In this document: positions 28,696-37,957 of the stretch, piece by piece | Numbering within the stretch: position 1 is the first letter of the stretch | Layout of the letters: every line of letters starts with the position of its first letter | From: Rhodospirillaceae bacterium | Lineage (GTDB): Bacteria > Pseudomonadota > Alphaproteobacteria > Rhodospirillales > UBA2165 | Assembly: GCA_038127535.1 (NCBI GenBank) | Contig: JAYPHU010000014.1 | Span: 713-64,712 of the forward strand | Direction of reading: 5' to 3' | DNA: 64,000 nucleotides | Program-made: the position numbers and the translations under genes | Notes under the pieces: generated by a model | What the model was told of the DNA's origin: nothing | The model's database searches: none | Seen by the model: only the letters and a program-made list of their open reading frames with translations

Positions 28696-29392
28696 ATCGC
28701 TTGCTCGCCGATTCATTAATCAGGTAGGCGGCCGCGTTGACGCCCAGCGCCAGCACCAACAGCACGATGCCGAGGCCCAAAGCCAATGCCAGATCGCCCT
28801 TGCTGGTCTCAAGTGCGATAGCCGTAGTCATGACGCGAGTGACGTGATCGATATTGCCGCCGACGATCATCACCGCACCGACCTCCGCACTGGCCCGGCC
28901 GAAGCCCGCCAGCACCGTGGTGATCAGGCTGAACCGGTTGTCCCACAACAGGGTCGCAATAATCTGATCCGGTCCGGCGCCGAGGGAGCGCAAATGCTCC
29001 TCGTACTCCCGCCACAAATCTTCTGTGGTTTGGCGGGTCAGCGCCGCTACGATGGGGGTGATCAGGCAGACCTGGGCGATGATCATGGCGGTGGGTGTGA
29101 ATAGCAGGCCCAGCGTGCCCAAGGGTCCGGCGCGGGACAACAGTAGGTAAACAATAAGCCCGACCACCACCGGCGGCATGCCCATCATAGCGTTCAGCAA
29201 CACAACGATCACCGTCCGGCCGGGGAACTTAAAGACCGCCAAGGCCGCGCCCAAGGGTAGGCCGATCACGCAGGCGATCAGCACAGCGGTCAGGCTGACT
29301 TGCAGCGACAGTAGTACGATCTCGGCCAGACCGCTTTCCAAGGTGATGATCAGGCCCCAGGCGGCGGCAAATGCGTTCCCGATATCGGTCAT
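28688..29392 (-). CDS. tupB: Tungstate ABC transporter permease
   Basis: MGMPPVVVGLIVYLLLSRAGPLG, AEVGAVMIVGGNI, TRVMTTAIALETSKG. Confidence 0.88.
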   Translation of the reverse strand: MTDIGNAFAAAWGLIITLESGLAEIVLLSLQVSLTAVLIACVIGLPLGAALAVFKFPGRTVIVVLLNAMMGMPPVVVGLIVYLLLSRAGPLGTLGLLFTPTAMIIAQVCLITPIVAALTRQTTEDLWREYEEHLRSLGAGPDQIIATLLWDNRFSLITTVLAGFGRASAEVGAVMIVGGNIDHVTRVMTTAIALETSKGDLALALGLGIVLLVLALGVNAAAYLINESASKRYG

Positions 29393-29410
29393 AACAGTCC
29401 GTTCGTTGAC

Positions 29411-30169
29411 CTAGAATGCCTGGCTAAAGAAGAACACAGCGCCCGCCAGAATAACACCCTCTATCAGCAGGGTGTGCATTCGGACCGATGTGCGGCGCAA
29501 CAGCCAGCGCCCGACCACCGCGCCCGGCATGGTACAGAGCCCCAACATCAGCCCGATGACGATTAGCGGGAAGTTCAACAGGGGTGAGGCCCCGAAGACC
29601 ACGGTCTTGGTGGCGTTCAACACCACGCCCAACGCCGCCGTCATCGCCGCCAATTGCGCGCCTCTCAGTCCCGCACCCAAGAAAAACGGGGCCAGCATCA
29701 ACCCGGCGCCCATGGTCACCCCGCTGACAACGCCATAGGCCGGCCCGACGGCAACAAATCCCCAGGTGCCCATCTTGACGTCTTTCTTCTCCAAATACCG
29801 GCGACCCGGCACGGACACGGCCATGAACAGGCCCAACAGCAGGGCGATCGTGTCCGCCGGCAGATAGACGAAGATAAACGCGCCGGCGATCATGCCAGGA
29901 AAACTGGAAATCATCAGCGGCACATAGATGCCCCAGTGGATTTCCCGCCAGAACACATAAAGCCGGGTGATATTGCTGACCACGATCGCGACGGAGACCA
30001 CCGGCACCGCCACCTTGATCCCCAAAATCGGCGCGATGCAGATCAGCAACAGCAACGCGCCGGCAAAGCCTGAAAAACTGTGGAACACGGCGGTGGCGAA
30101 CGCCGCCACGGCCATCAGTAACAGCAGAGGGAAGGTAATGCCGATCTCGGCGAGGATGGAACTTAGCAT
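29411..30169 (-). CDS. Sulfite exporter TauE/SafE family protein
   Basis: About 8 TM segments with two repeated halves (SFSGFAGALLL, SGVTMGAGLMLAP). Confidence 0.8.
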   Translation of the reverse strand: MLSSILAEIGITFPLLLLMAVAAFATAVFHSFSGFAGALLLLICIAPILGIKVAVPVVSVAIVVSNITRLYVFWREIHWGIYVPLMISSFPGMIAGAFIFVYLPADTIALLLGLFMAVSVPGRRYLEKKDVKMGTWGFVAVGPAYGVVSGVTMGAGLMLAPFFLGAGLRGAQLAAMTAALGVVLNATKTVVFGASPLLNFPLIVIGLMLGLCTMPGAVVGRWLLRRTSVRMHTLLIEGVILAGAVFFFSQAF

Positions 30170-30365
30170 GATGGTGTTGGCATGATTTGAGGCCGGACCT
30201 TACAGGGAAAAACCGGCTCTGGTAAGCAATTTGGAACGGCTAAGGGGGGGGGTGTTGACGGGCCGGGGTCTGGCCATTAAACCTCCGAGTCATTACAATC
30301 TTCGCCAGTGAAATTAGGAGTCCGGTATGCACTTTGGCCGGGGCGAAATCTAGGAGAGAACCTGA

Positions 30366-31232
30366 ATGTCTGACACGAATATCGTACGCATCGCGCCGAA
30401 CAACCCAGTTTTCGATCTGCCGGTTTTGGTCGGTATTGAGGAAGGCCTGTTTGAAAAAGCCGGCTTGGATGTCGCCTTCGCCGCGTCCTATGACGACCGC
30501 GAAGCTGACAATGAAAAGATGGAATATCTCTCCCGCCTGAAGGAAAGCATGTTCGAAAAGGGCGACGCGGACAACTACAACGTCTGCGAATGGGCCACCA
30601 TCGACCGGATCGAACGCGGTTCCGGTGGCGGTCACATTGCCGCGCTGCGCGCAGCTGTCGGCGCCCAGGCCATTCTGACCTTTGACGACGCTCTGCAGAC
30701 CCCGCGGGACATGAAGGACGTGCCGGTCGCCGTTCAGGAATACACCGGTTCCCACTTCACCTGCATTCAGATGCTGGAAAGCGCCATCGGTTACGAGCAC
30801 ATCAACATCGTGCAGGGCCGTCTGCCGCAAAAGCGGTATGACGGACTCAAAAGCGGTGAATACCGCGCTGTCACCGTGATGGAGCCGTTCATCAGCTTAG
30901 GGTTAAAGGAAGGCGCTCACATCATCGCCTCGTCCTTCTATCGCGGCGGCGAAGTGATCGGTCCGAACCTCACGACCGAGCAGCGGGAAACCTTCTACGA
31001 AGCCGAGAATGCCGCCGTCGATATGATCAATGCGGACTTCTACAAGTATGCGCACTATCTGACCGACCGCACCAAGGGTGCATTGGAGCCGAACGAACTG
31101 CTCCGCGCCTTTGTCCACTACAAGCACGTGGATTACTACGCGGAAGACCTATTCAACCGCGCCTACGACTGGATGAAGGAACGCGACTTCACCGAAGGCC
31201 GAAGCGACCACAACAACATCGTGTTTGCGTAG
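30366..31232 (+). CDS. Periplasmic-binding-protein type II fold protein (NMT1/SsuA-like) lacking a signal peptide
   Basis: LPVLVGIEEGLFEKAGLDV, VAVQEYTGSHF, VTVMEPFIS. The N-terminus is polar, with a GGAGAG RBS. Confidence 0.7.
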   Translation: MSDTNIVRIAPNNPVFDLPVLVGIEEGLFEKAGLDVAFAASYDDREADNEKMEYLSRLKESMFEKGDADNYNVCEWATIDRIERGSGGGHIAALRAAVGAQAILTFDDALQTPRDMKDVPVAVQEYTGSHFTCIQMLESAIGYEHINIVQGRLPQKRYDGLKSGEYRAVTVMEPFISLGLKEGAHIIASSFYRGGEVIGPNLTTEQRETFYEAENAAVDMINADFYKYAHYLTDRTKGALEPNELLRAFVHYKHVDYYAEDLFNRAYDWMKERDFTEGRSDHNNIVFA

Positions 31233-31253
31233 AACGTCGTTTTAAGTTTGGAG

Positions 31254-31291
31254 AACGCGGGGGCGGCTCAGGCCGGCCCGCGTTTTTCTTT
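31254..31291 (+). terminator. Rho-independent terminator
   Basis: AACGCGGG...CCCGCGTT followed by TTTCTTT. Confidence 0.7.
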
Positions 31292-31441
31292 GACCCCGCC
31301 ACTTCTTCGTGCGTCGCCCCCGAGTTGCGCAGTAATTCTCGGGGGGTCATTAATCCTCGAGCAATAGGTACCCGAGACTTGGTTCCAACTAGCGTCGGCC
31401 CCAACTCGGGCATGGCGCATTAAAAGGCCGGATAGGGGGGA

Positions 31442-32422
31442 TCACCCCACCTTAAATATCCCGGCGGCCGTGTCGCCCAGGATCATGGCCTTTTCTCCGT
31501 CGGTCAGGTCAGCGTCCTCCACCACCTTGAGCGGGTTCGGATCGCCGATGGGGAACGGATAGTCGGAGCCCAGCATCAGCTTCTCCGCACCGACGACCGT
31601 CTTCAGGAAATTGAGCGCGTTGGGATCGAACAGCACTGTATCGAAATAGAGCCGCTTCAGCCCGTCCACCGGGTTCGCATAGTCGTGGCCCGGGATTTCG
31701 ATATTCCGGTTCAGCCGGCCCAGCATGTAAGGCAGTGCGCCGCCGCCGTGGGACAGGATGAACTTCATCCCCGGATACTTGATAAAGTGCCCGGAATACA
31801 AAAGCCGGGAAATGGCGATGGTGGTGTCCACGCCGCGCCCGACCGCGTTCATCATGCCGAAATCCAACAGGCGCGGATCACCGCAGCCGAACATGGGATG
31901 CAGATACAGGACGGCGCTCAAGGACGAGGCCGCTTCCCAGAACGGATCCAGATCCGGATCGTCCAGATTGCCGGAATCCCCGTGGGGCTGGGTGCCGATC
32001 ATGGCACCGGCAAATCCGGCGTTTAAAGCTTCTTCCAGCACCTCCGCCGCCAGCTTGCCGCTTTGCAGGGGCACCGTGGCGAGCGGCACCAAGGGATCAA
32101 TCCCGTCGGTGCCGGACATGAGATATTCGTTCAGAAACCGGCTCCAGGCCACGCCCTCTTCCGGCGGCAATTCATAGCCGAAACTGTCCATCCAGCCGCC
32201 GTTGATCTGATGGGTGATGCATTGATGATCCATCCATTCCAGCCGCTGATCCGTATCCCGCAGTTTCGGCGAAATGGGCCGGGTCGCCCGCCCACCGGTA
32301 AAGGCGAGCTGGTACTTGTCCCCGTCCGCCAGCAGTTCCACGTTGGGGAAGCGGCTGATTTCCTTTTGCAGGGCGTCGAGCATCGCCTGAGGGGTGAAAT
32401 GGGCGTGGGTATCAATGATCAT
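31442..32422 (-). CDS. Amidohydrolase-2 family protein (ACMSD-like decarboxylase/hydratase)
   Basis: IDTHAH, LYLHP, SHGGG, LGSDYPF. Confidence 0.9.
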   Translation of the reverse strand: MIIDTHAHFTPQAMLDALQKEISRFPNVELLADGDKYQLAFTGGRATRPISPKLRDTDQRLEWMDHQCITHQINGGWMDSFGYELPPEEGVAWSRFLNEYLMSGTDGIDPLVPLATVPLQSGKLAAEVLEEALNAGFAGAMIGTQPHGDSGNLDDPDLDPFWEAASSLSAVLYLHPMFGCGDPRLLDFGMMNAVGRGVDTTIAISRLLYSGHFIKYPGMKFILSHGGGALPYMLGRLNRNIEIPGHDYANPVDGLKRLYFDTVLFDPNALNFLKTVVGAEKLMLGSDYPFPIGDPNPLKVVEDADLTDGEKAMILGDTAAGIFKVG

Positions 32423-34821
32423 TTGTCGCGTCCTTCGTGTAACAGGGCTTCGATATCGGTCATGCGCATAGGCAGTTCTTCCAGGCTGAGACCCAGCGGA
32501 TAAAGCGCGTCATTGACGGCGCTGGCCATGGCGGCCGGCGCACCGAGATAGCCGCCTTCGCCCGACCCTTTCTGGCCGTGAGAGGTCAGCGGCGACGGTG
32601 TGCAGTGTTCCACATCCTTAACGTACGGCACCTCGAATGTCGACGGCATGACGTAGTCGACGAAAGTGCCACTCAGGAACTGGCCATCCTCGCCGTAGGC
32701 GAATTTCTCATAGAGCGCCGCGCCGATCCCGTGGGCCACACCGCCGATGATCATGCCCCGCACGATATCCGGGTTGATTACCGTGCCGCAGTCATGGCCG
32801 ATGAAATACTCATGGACGGTCACCTTGCCGGTGCCGGGATCGATCTCGACGAAGGGAATATGCGCCTGAAAGGAAAAACAGGGATAGAGCTGCACCCGGT
32901 TGTTTTCGTCCGGATATTCGCCGCCCAAGGGCACCTGCATCACATGCAGCGCCTGCAGGCCCGGCTCCATCCCGTCGGGCAACAGGTCATAGCGCCGGTG
33001 GGCGATGTTTACCAATTCGGCCCAGGTGAGTTTGCGGGACGGATCATTTCGGTCGGAAATATCGCCGTTGTTGTATTCAAGCTGCTCAATCGGCACCTGC
33101 AGGTTATGCGCCGCGATTTCGTGCAACTGTTTCTTCAGCTTATGCGCCGCACCGTCCGCCGCACCGCCCAGCATCACCGCCATCCGGCTTGCGACGGGGC
33201 TGCGAGTCGGCAGGCCGGCCAGGGTATCGGCGTGGATCACGCGGATGTCTTCCGGGTCCTTCTGAAATTCCTCACCCAGGATCGTGGCGACCAGGGTCTC
33301 ATGGCCTTGACCGGACGTGGTCGTGCCCATGGTGCCGATGATATTGCCGGTGCTATCGATCCGGACCTGACAGCCCTCCATGAAGGTGCTGATCTCCAGC
33401 TTCGGGTTCAGCAAGTATTCGAACATGTTGTTGCCGCCCGACGGCTCCAAACACGCGCCGATGCCGATCCCCGCCAGATTGCCGGCGGCGCGGATGTCAT
33501 CCCGGCGCTTCACCAGATTTTCGAAATCGGCCAGCTCCATGGTTTTTTCCAGCACCGTGTGATAGTCGCCGGAGTCATACTTGGTGCCCGTGGGATTGAG
33601 ATAGGGAAACTCGTCATGGCGGATAAAGTTCCTCTGACGCACCTCAAGCCGGTGCATTTTCAAATGCCGGGCCACCTTGTCTACGGCCAGCTCGATCATG
33701 AAGTTGGTCGGACCTTGGCCCATGCCGCGCACCGGCACCTGTCCTGTCTTGTTGGTACTGACCGAGATCGGGTGATAGTGGACGCTGTTGATCCGGTAGG
33801 GCCCGACCAGCGCGGCGATGGGCTTGCCGAGCTGGAACGGCCCCCGGCCCGGATAAGCCCCGCAATCATCGATGGCCTTGATCTTCATGGACTTGATGAC
33901 GCCGTCATTGGTGAAGGCCACATCGGTATAGAAAATTCGGTCGGGGCCGTGAGCGTCGCCACCGGACATGTTGGTCAGCCGGTCCTCGATAAAGCGCACC
34001 GGCACGCCGCCCAGTTTCTTCGACAGATAGGCCACCAGCACCGTGTGCTTGATGCCCCGTTTCACGCCGTAGCTACCGCCCACATCCACATCCTGGTGCA
34101 CGCGGACGCTGTTCAGCGGCAGACGCATGGCGTTGGCGATCTGCTCCTGATAGTTCGGCATTTGGATTGACGCCCAGACCTGCAGGCTTTCCGTTCCCCC
34201 GTCCCATTGGGCCATGGCGCCGAAGGTCTCAATCGGCACCGTGGACGACCGGCCCCAGCGCGCCCGGAACGACAGCACGTGGTCGGCGGCGGCGAAGTCC
34301 TCTTCGACCGGTCCCCAGACGAAATCCTTCTCCAGCACCAGGTTGGTGCCTTGATCCGGATGGACCAGCGGCGCATCGGGCTTCAGCGCTTCTTCCGGAT
34401 CGACCACGGGCTCCAGCGGCTCGTAGTATACCTCGATCAGCTCCACCGCATCTTCCGCCGTGTAGCGATCCTCGGCGACAACGGCGGCCACCCATTCCCC
34501 GGCGTAGCGGGTCAACTCATGGGCCAGCGGATACCAGCGCAGATTGGGCACGTCCGGGCCGTGGTAGAGCGGCGACGTATGCTCCGCCAGCTCATCCCCG
34601 GTCAAAACCGTCAGAACGCCGGGCACCGCCAGTGCGGCCTCCGCATTGATGGAGAGGATTTTGGCGCGCGGGTGGGGGCTCGCCAGGATCGCTACGTGTT
34701 TGGTGTCCTGCACCGCCACGTCCTGGATGTACTTGCCCTTGCCGGTGACGAAGCGTTTGTCTTCCTTCACCCGGCGCTTGCGGGCGACGTAATGATAATT
34801 GCTGCCTGCAGGTGCGCTCAT
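32419..34821 (-). CDS. Xanthine dehydrogenase family molybdopterin-binding subunit (second system)
   Basis: EDKRFVTGKG, VGGSYGVK, PVRGMG, SGQGH, KGSGEGG. Confidence 0.92.
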   Translation of the reverse strand: MSAPAGSNYHYVARKRRVKEDKRFVTGKGKYIQDVAVQDTKHVAILASPHPRAKILSINAEAALAVPGVLTVLTGDELAEHTSPLYHGPDVPNLRWYPLAHELTRYAGEWVAAVVAEDRYTAEDAVELIEVYYEPLEPVVDPEEALKPDAPLVHPDQGTNLVLEKDFVWGPVEEDFAAADHVLSFRARWGRSSTVPIETFGAMAQWDGGTESLQVWASIQMPNYQEQIANAMRLPLNSVRVHQDVDVGGSYGVKRGIKHTVLVAYLSKKLGGVPVRFIEDRLTNMSGGDAHGPDRIFYTDVAFTNDGVIKSMKIKAIDDCGAYPGRGPFQLGKPIAALVGPYRINSVHYHPISVSTNKTGQVPVRGMGQGPTNFMIELAVDKVARHLKMHRLEVRQRNFIRHDEFPYLNPTGTKYDSGDYHTVLEKTMELADFENLVKRRDDIRAAGNLAGIGIGACLEPSGGNNMFEYLLNPKLEISTFMEGCQVRIDSTGNIIGTMGTTTSGQGHETLVATILGEEFQKDPEDIRVIHADTLAGLPTRSPVASRMAVMLGGAADGAAHKLKKQLHEIAAHNLQVPIEQLEYNNGDISDRNDPSRKLTWAELVNIAHRRYDLLPDGMEPGLQALHVMQVPLGGEYPDENNRVQLYPCFSFQAHIPFVEIDPGTGKVTVHEYFIGHDCGTVINPDIVRGMIIGGVAHGIGAALYEKFAYGEDGQFLSGTFVDYVMPSTFEVPYVKDVEHCTPSPLTSHGQKGSGEGGYLGAPAAMASAVNDALYPLGLSLEELPMRMTDIEALLHEGRDK

Positions 34822-35303
34822 GTTCCCTGCTCCTTCATCCGCTCGGCGGCGAGCCGGATCGCGTCAATGATCTGGGTATAGCCGGTGCAGCGGCAGATGT
34901 TCCCGCCGATGGCTTCTCGGATATCCTCGTCGGTCGGCGACAAGGTTTCCTCCAGCAGCGCATGGGCCGACATCAACATGCCCGGCGTGCAATAGCCGCA
35001 CTGCATGCCATGGGCGTCCCGGAACGCATCCTGCAGAAGACCGGGCTCGCCATCTTCCTGGCAGAGGCCTTCCACGGTCTGGACCGTGTCGCCGTCTGCC
35101 TGCACCGCCAGCATCAGACACGACCGAATCGGCTCTCCGTTTACAATGACCGTGCAGGCGCCGCAGACGCCGTGTTCGCAGCCCATATGGGTGCCGGAAA
35201 GATGCAGCTCGTCCCGCAGGAAATCCAGCAGCGTCATGCGGGGTTCGGCGGGCGCAGTGGCGTCCTTGCCGTTGACGGTGAGAGAAATATCGCGCCGGCT
35301 CAT
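34818..35303 (-). CDS. (2Fe-2S)-binding small subunit
   Basis: GCEHGVCGAC...RSC, QCGYCTPG, CRCTGY. Confidence 0.94.
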   Translation of the reverse strand: MSRRDISLTVNGKDATAPAEPRMTLLDFLRDELHLSGTHMGCEHGVCGACTVIVNGEPIRSCLMLAVQADGDTVQTVEGLCQEDGEPGLLQDAFRDAHGMQCGYCTPGMLMSAHALLEETLSPTDEDIREAIGGNICRCTGYTQIIDAIRLAAERMKEQGT

Positions 35304-36184
35304 GACAGGCTACCTCCGGCATCAGCAACCGCATCCGCCAGCGCCCGGCCGATCAGCACCCGGGCCACCCGGCGGCGGTAATCCGCGCTGCCATGCAGGT
35401 CATCCGCCGGATCCATCTGGTCGCCGATCTCCGCGAGCGCCTCGTCAATCAGGCTTTCGCTCAGCGCATTGCCGGTGAGATTTTCTTCCGCGTCCCGCAG
35501 CCGCACCGGTGTGCCTGCCACTCCGCCAACCGCGATCGCTGCCTTTTGGCACACGCCGGTATCGTCCAAGAGGACCTGCGCACCGGCTGAAACCACAGCG
35601 AAATCACCATGCCGCTCGGCCACCTCGTGGAAGCCCGCGCCCGTGCGTCCTGCCTCCCGCCACACGGGAAAATTGATTTCGACCAGGATTTCATCTTCGT
35701 TCCGGTCGCTCATCATCGGGCCTTGGTAAAACGCATCCGCCGCGACGGGACGCGTACCGGTCACCGACTGTAGATTAATCTCCACCCCCAGCGCCACGGC
35801 CACCAGGGGAATCTCCGCCGCCGGGTCGCCATGGGCAATACTGCCGCCGACCGTTCCCCGGTTCCGGGTCTGGTGATGGCCGACCCAGGGCAACGCCTTG
35901 GCCAGCAAGGGCAGGTTCTCGGTGATGACGGCCGATTTCAACGCCGCCGTTTGCCGGGTCGCCGTCTTGATCCGCACCGCATCACCGGTCCCATCAACCC
36001 CGGCCCAATCTTCAATGCCGTTGATATCAATTAGCACAGACGGCCGCGCCAAACGCATGGCCAGCATGGGCACCAGGGTCTGGCCGCCGGCCAGGATCAT
36101 GCCGTCATCGCCGGCCTCGCTCAGCAACTGCAGTGCATGCTCCGCCGAGGTGGCGGCAATATGATCAAAGGGAGCGGCTTTCAT
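35300..36184 (-). CDS. FAD-binding medium subunit
   Basis: MKAAPFD, LAGGQTLVP, RNRGTVGGS, ERHGDFA. Confidence 0.93.
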   Translation of the reverse strand: MKAAPFDHIAATSAEHALQLLSEAGDDGMILAGGQTLVPMLAMRLARPSVLIDINGIEDWAGVDGTGDAVRIKTATRQTAALKSAVITENLPLLAKALPWVGHHQTRNRGTVGGSIAHGDPAAEIPLVAVALGVEINLQSVTGTRPVAADAFYQGPMMSDRNEDEILVEINFPVWREAGRTGAGFHEVAERHGDFAVVSAGAQVLLDDTGVCQKAAIAVGGVAGTPVRLRDAEENLTGNALSESLIDEALAEIGDQMDPADDLHGSADYRRRVARVLIGRALADAVADAGGSLS

Positions 36185-36208
36185 TCGACTGACACCAAGA
36201 CCGGACGC

Positions 36209-37858
36209 TTAGTCCTTGTCCCAGCCATCCTCGACCTGACGGACAGAGGTCTCTGGCGGGAAGTCTTTATCCTTCTGCTGGCGGGTCAGGGAAACTTCGC
36301 CGTTCTTCAGATAGTCGCCCTTGGCGGCGTTCTGCGCAGCGGTTTCCCAAATCTGATGCCAGTCACCGAGAGAATACCCGTGCCACGGGGATTCGGGCCG
36401 AAGCGCCGGCAGATCAAGTTTCTCCCACAGCGCCTTGCCTTTCTCCATGAACTCCTTTGTCGGCAGCGCCAGGGGCGGCATGTCGGACTTCATGGTCGCA
36501 TCTATCAAGAGCGTGCTGTCTTCCTCGCCGGTGTGCTCCCGCTTGGGTCCGTGTCCCTGGCCGCGGTGGGGAATGGTTTGCACATCTTCGATCGGGTTCA
36601 AGCGATAGGCCATGGCCCAGAGGATCGCGTCCGCGCTGTCCGGATCGATATCCTCGGTCACGGCGATGGTGATCTTGCCCATATCGCCCTTGTAGAAGGC
36701 CGCGCCGTTGAGCGCGCGCCAGACCTCTGTCTTGGGCACGCCTTTCTCCATCACAATGATGGTCACCCGCAGAAGCCCGGTCAGCGGTTCGTGCAGCGCC
36801 ACTTTTTTAACGCCGCGCACGTTCAGTTCCTTGGTCAGGTGATTGAGGAACAGGGGCTCGTAAGCCACCCGCTTGATCACACTGGATTCGGACGGAGTCA
36901 CCTGACTGATGTAGGACGGGATCACCGCGTCCTTGCGCATGGTGATCGCAGTGACCTCCATGGGCATGTTGAATTCTTCCAGAGCAACGTGGCCATGGGA
37001 TTCACCAAACGGCCCTTCCGGTTCCAGCACGGTTGGGTCAATGAGGCCTTCGATCACCACTTCGGATTCCGCCGGCACCATCAGATCGACAGACTTGGCG
37101 CGCACCATGTTGATGGGCTCGCCCGCCAGGCCGCCGGCCACGTCGACTTCATCCATGCCGATGGGCAGTTTCTGCGGGCCCATGAAGGCCACATAGGGCG
37201 GACAGCCAAGCACTATGGCGCAAGGCATTTTCTCGCCCTTGGCCTTATATTTCTGCCAGTGGAGATACCCGCCGGCGCCGCCGACGCGGGTCGCCATACG
37301 CACTACCAGCCGGTCCGGAGCCTTCAGCCCGCACCGGTACGTCCCCATATTGTGGACGCCGGTTTCCGGATCGGCGGTGACGATATTGGTGGCCGAAAGC
37401 GTCGGTGCGCTGTCGAAACCGGGCGTCGAGACGGGAATCGGCAGAGCGTCCAACCCTTTGCCTTCGCCTTGCAGATCGTCGCCTTCCCAAATTACGTCGT
37501 GGCAAGGTGCCGTGTTGACGATCCGGGGCGGGATCGGATTGGCGATGGCCTTTTGCCATTTCTCCGAAATCTCGTCGACCGAAGCATCCATGCCCACGCA
37601 ATAGACGCCGCGATTGCCCGCCATAGCGCCGACGGCCACCGGAATATCGTATTTCCGGCCCTTGGCGTTGACGATGTTGGTGAACAGGAAGGCCTTGCGG
37701 TCGTCTTCGGCGATACCGCCCCGGTACTGCCAGCGCACCAAGGAATGCATCTCGGAGTCCTTATCCACCGGCGTATCGATCTCATAAAGCAAATCGGCTT
37801 TTCTAAGCGCATCCAGATGCTGGTGCATGTCGCGATATTTATGACTGGTCGTACTCAA
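36209..37858 (-). CDS. UbiD family (prFMN-dependent) decarboxylase
   Basis: KAFLFTN, NMGTYR, AIVLGCPP, VPAESEVVIEG, EGPFGE, EDIDP, IDAT. Confidence 0.9.
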   Translation of the reverse strand: MSTTSHKYRDMHQHLDALRKADLLYEIDTPVDKDSEMHSLVRWQYRGGIAEDDRKAFLFTNIVNAKGRKYDIPVAVGAMAGNRGVYCVGMDASVDEISEKWQKAIANPIPPRIVNTAPCHDVIWEGDDLQGEGKGLDALPIPVSTPGFDSAPTLSATNIVTADPETGVHNMGTYRCGLKAPDRLVVRMATRVGGAGGYLHWQKYKAKGEKMPCAIVLGCPPYVAFMGPQKLPIGMDEVDVAGGLAGEPINMVRAKSVDLMVPAESEVVIEGLIDPTVLEPEGPFGESHGHVALEEFNMPMEVTAITMRKDAVIPSYISQVTPSESSVIKRVAYEPLFLNHLTKELNVRGVKKVALHEPLTGLLRVTIIVMEKGVPKTEVWRALNGAAFYKGDMGKITIAVTEDIDPDSADAILWAMAYRLNPIEDVQTIPHRGQGHGPKREHTGEEDSTLLIDATMKSDMPPLALPTKEFMEKGKALWEKLDLPALRPESPWHGYSLGDWHQIWETAAQNAAKGDYLKNGEVSLTRQQKDKDFPPETSVRQVEDGWDKD

Positions 37859-37957
37859 GACCTCTGCCCTCCCCAGGCTTAATTGCGGCTGTTTCGCCTA
37901 ATATGCCCGAGCATATCCGCTAGTTCCAGGCGTGAATTCCGCCAAATTCCGTCGGGG

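Noticed and set aside
30177-30192. Sigma54 promoter (TGGCATGATTTGAGG)
   Set aside because: The -12 position is GG, not the required GC.
30170-30365. Moco/Tuco riboswitch or ModE box upstream of tauE-tupBC
   Set aside because: I could not recognise the conserved motif by eye. An Infernal search would be needed.
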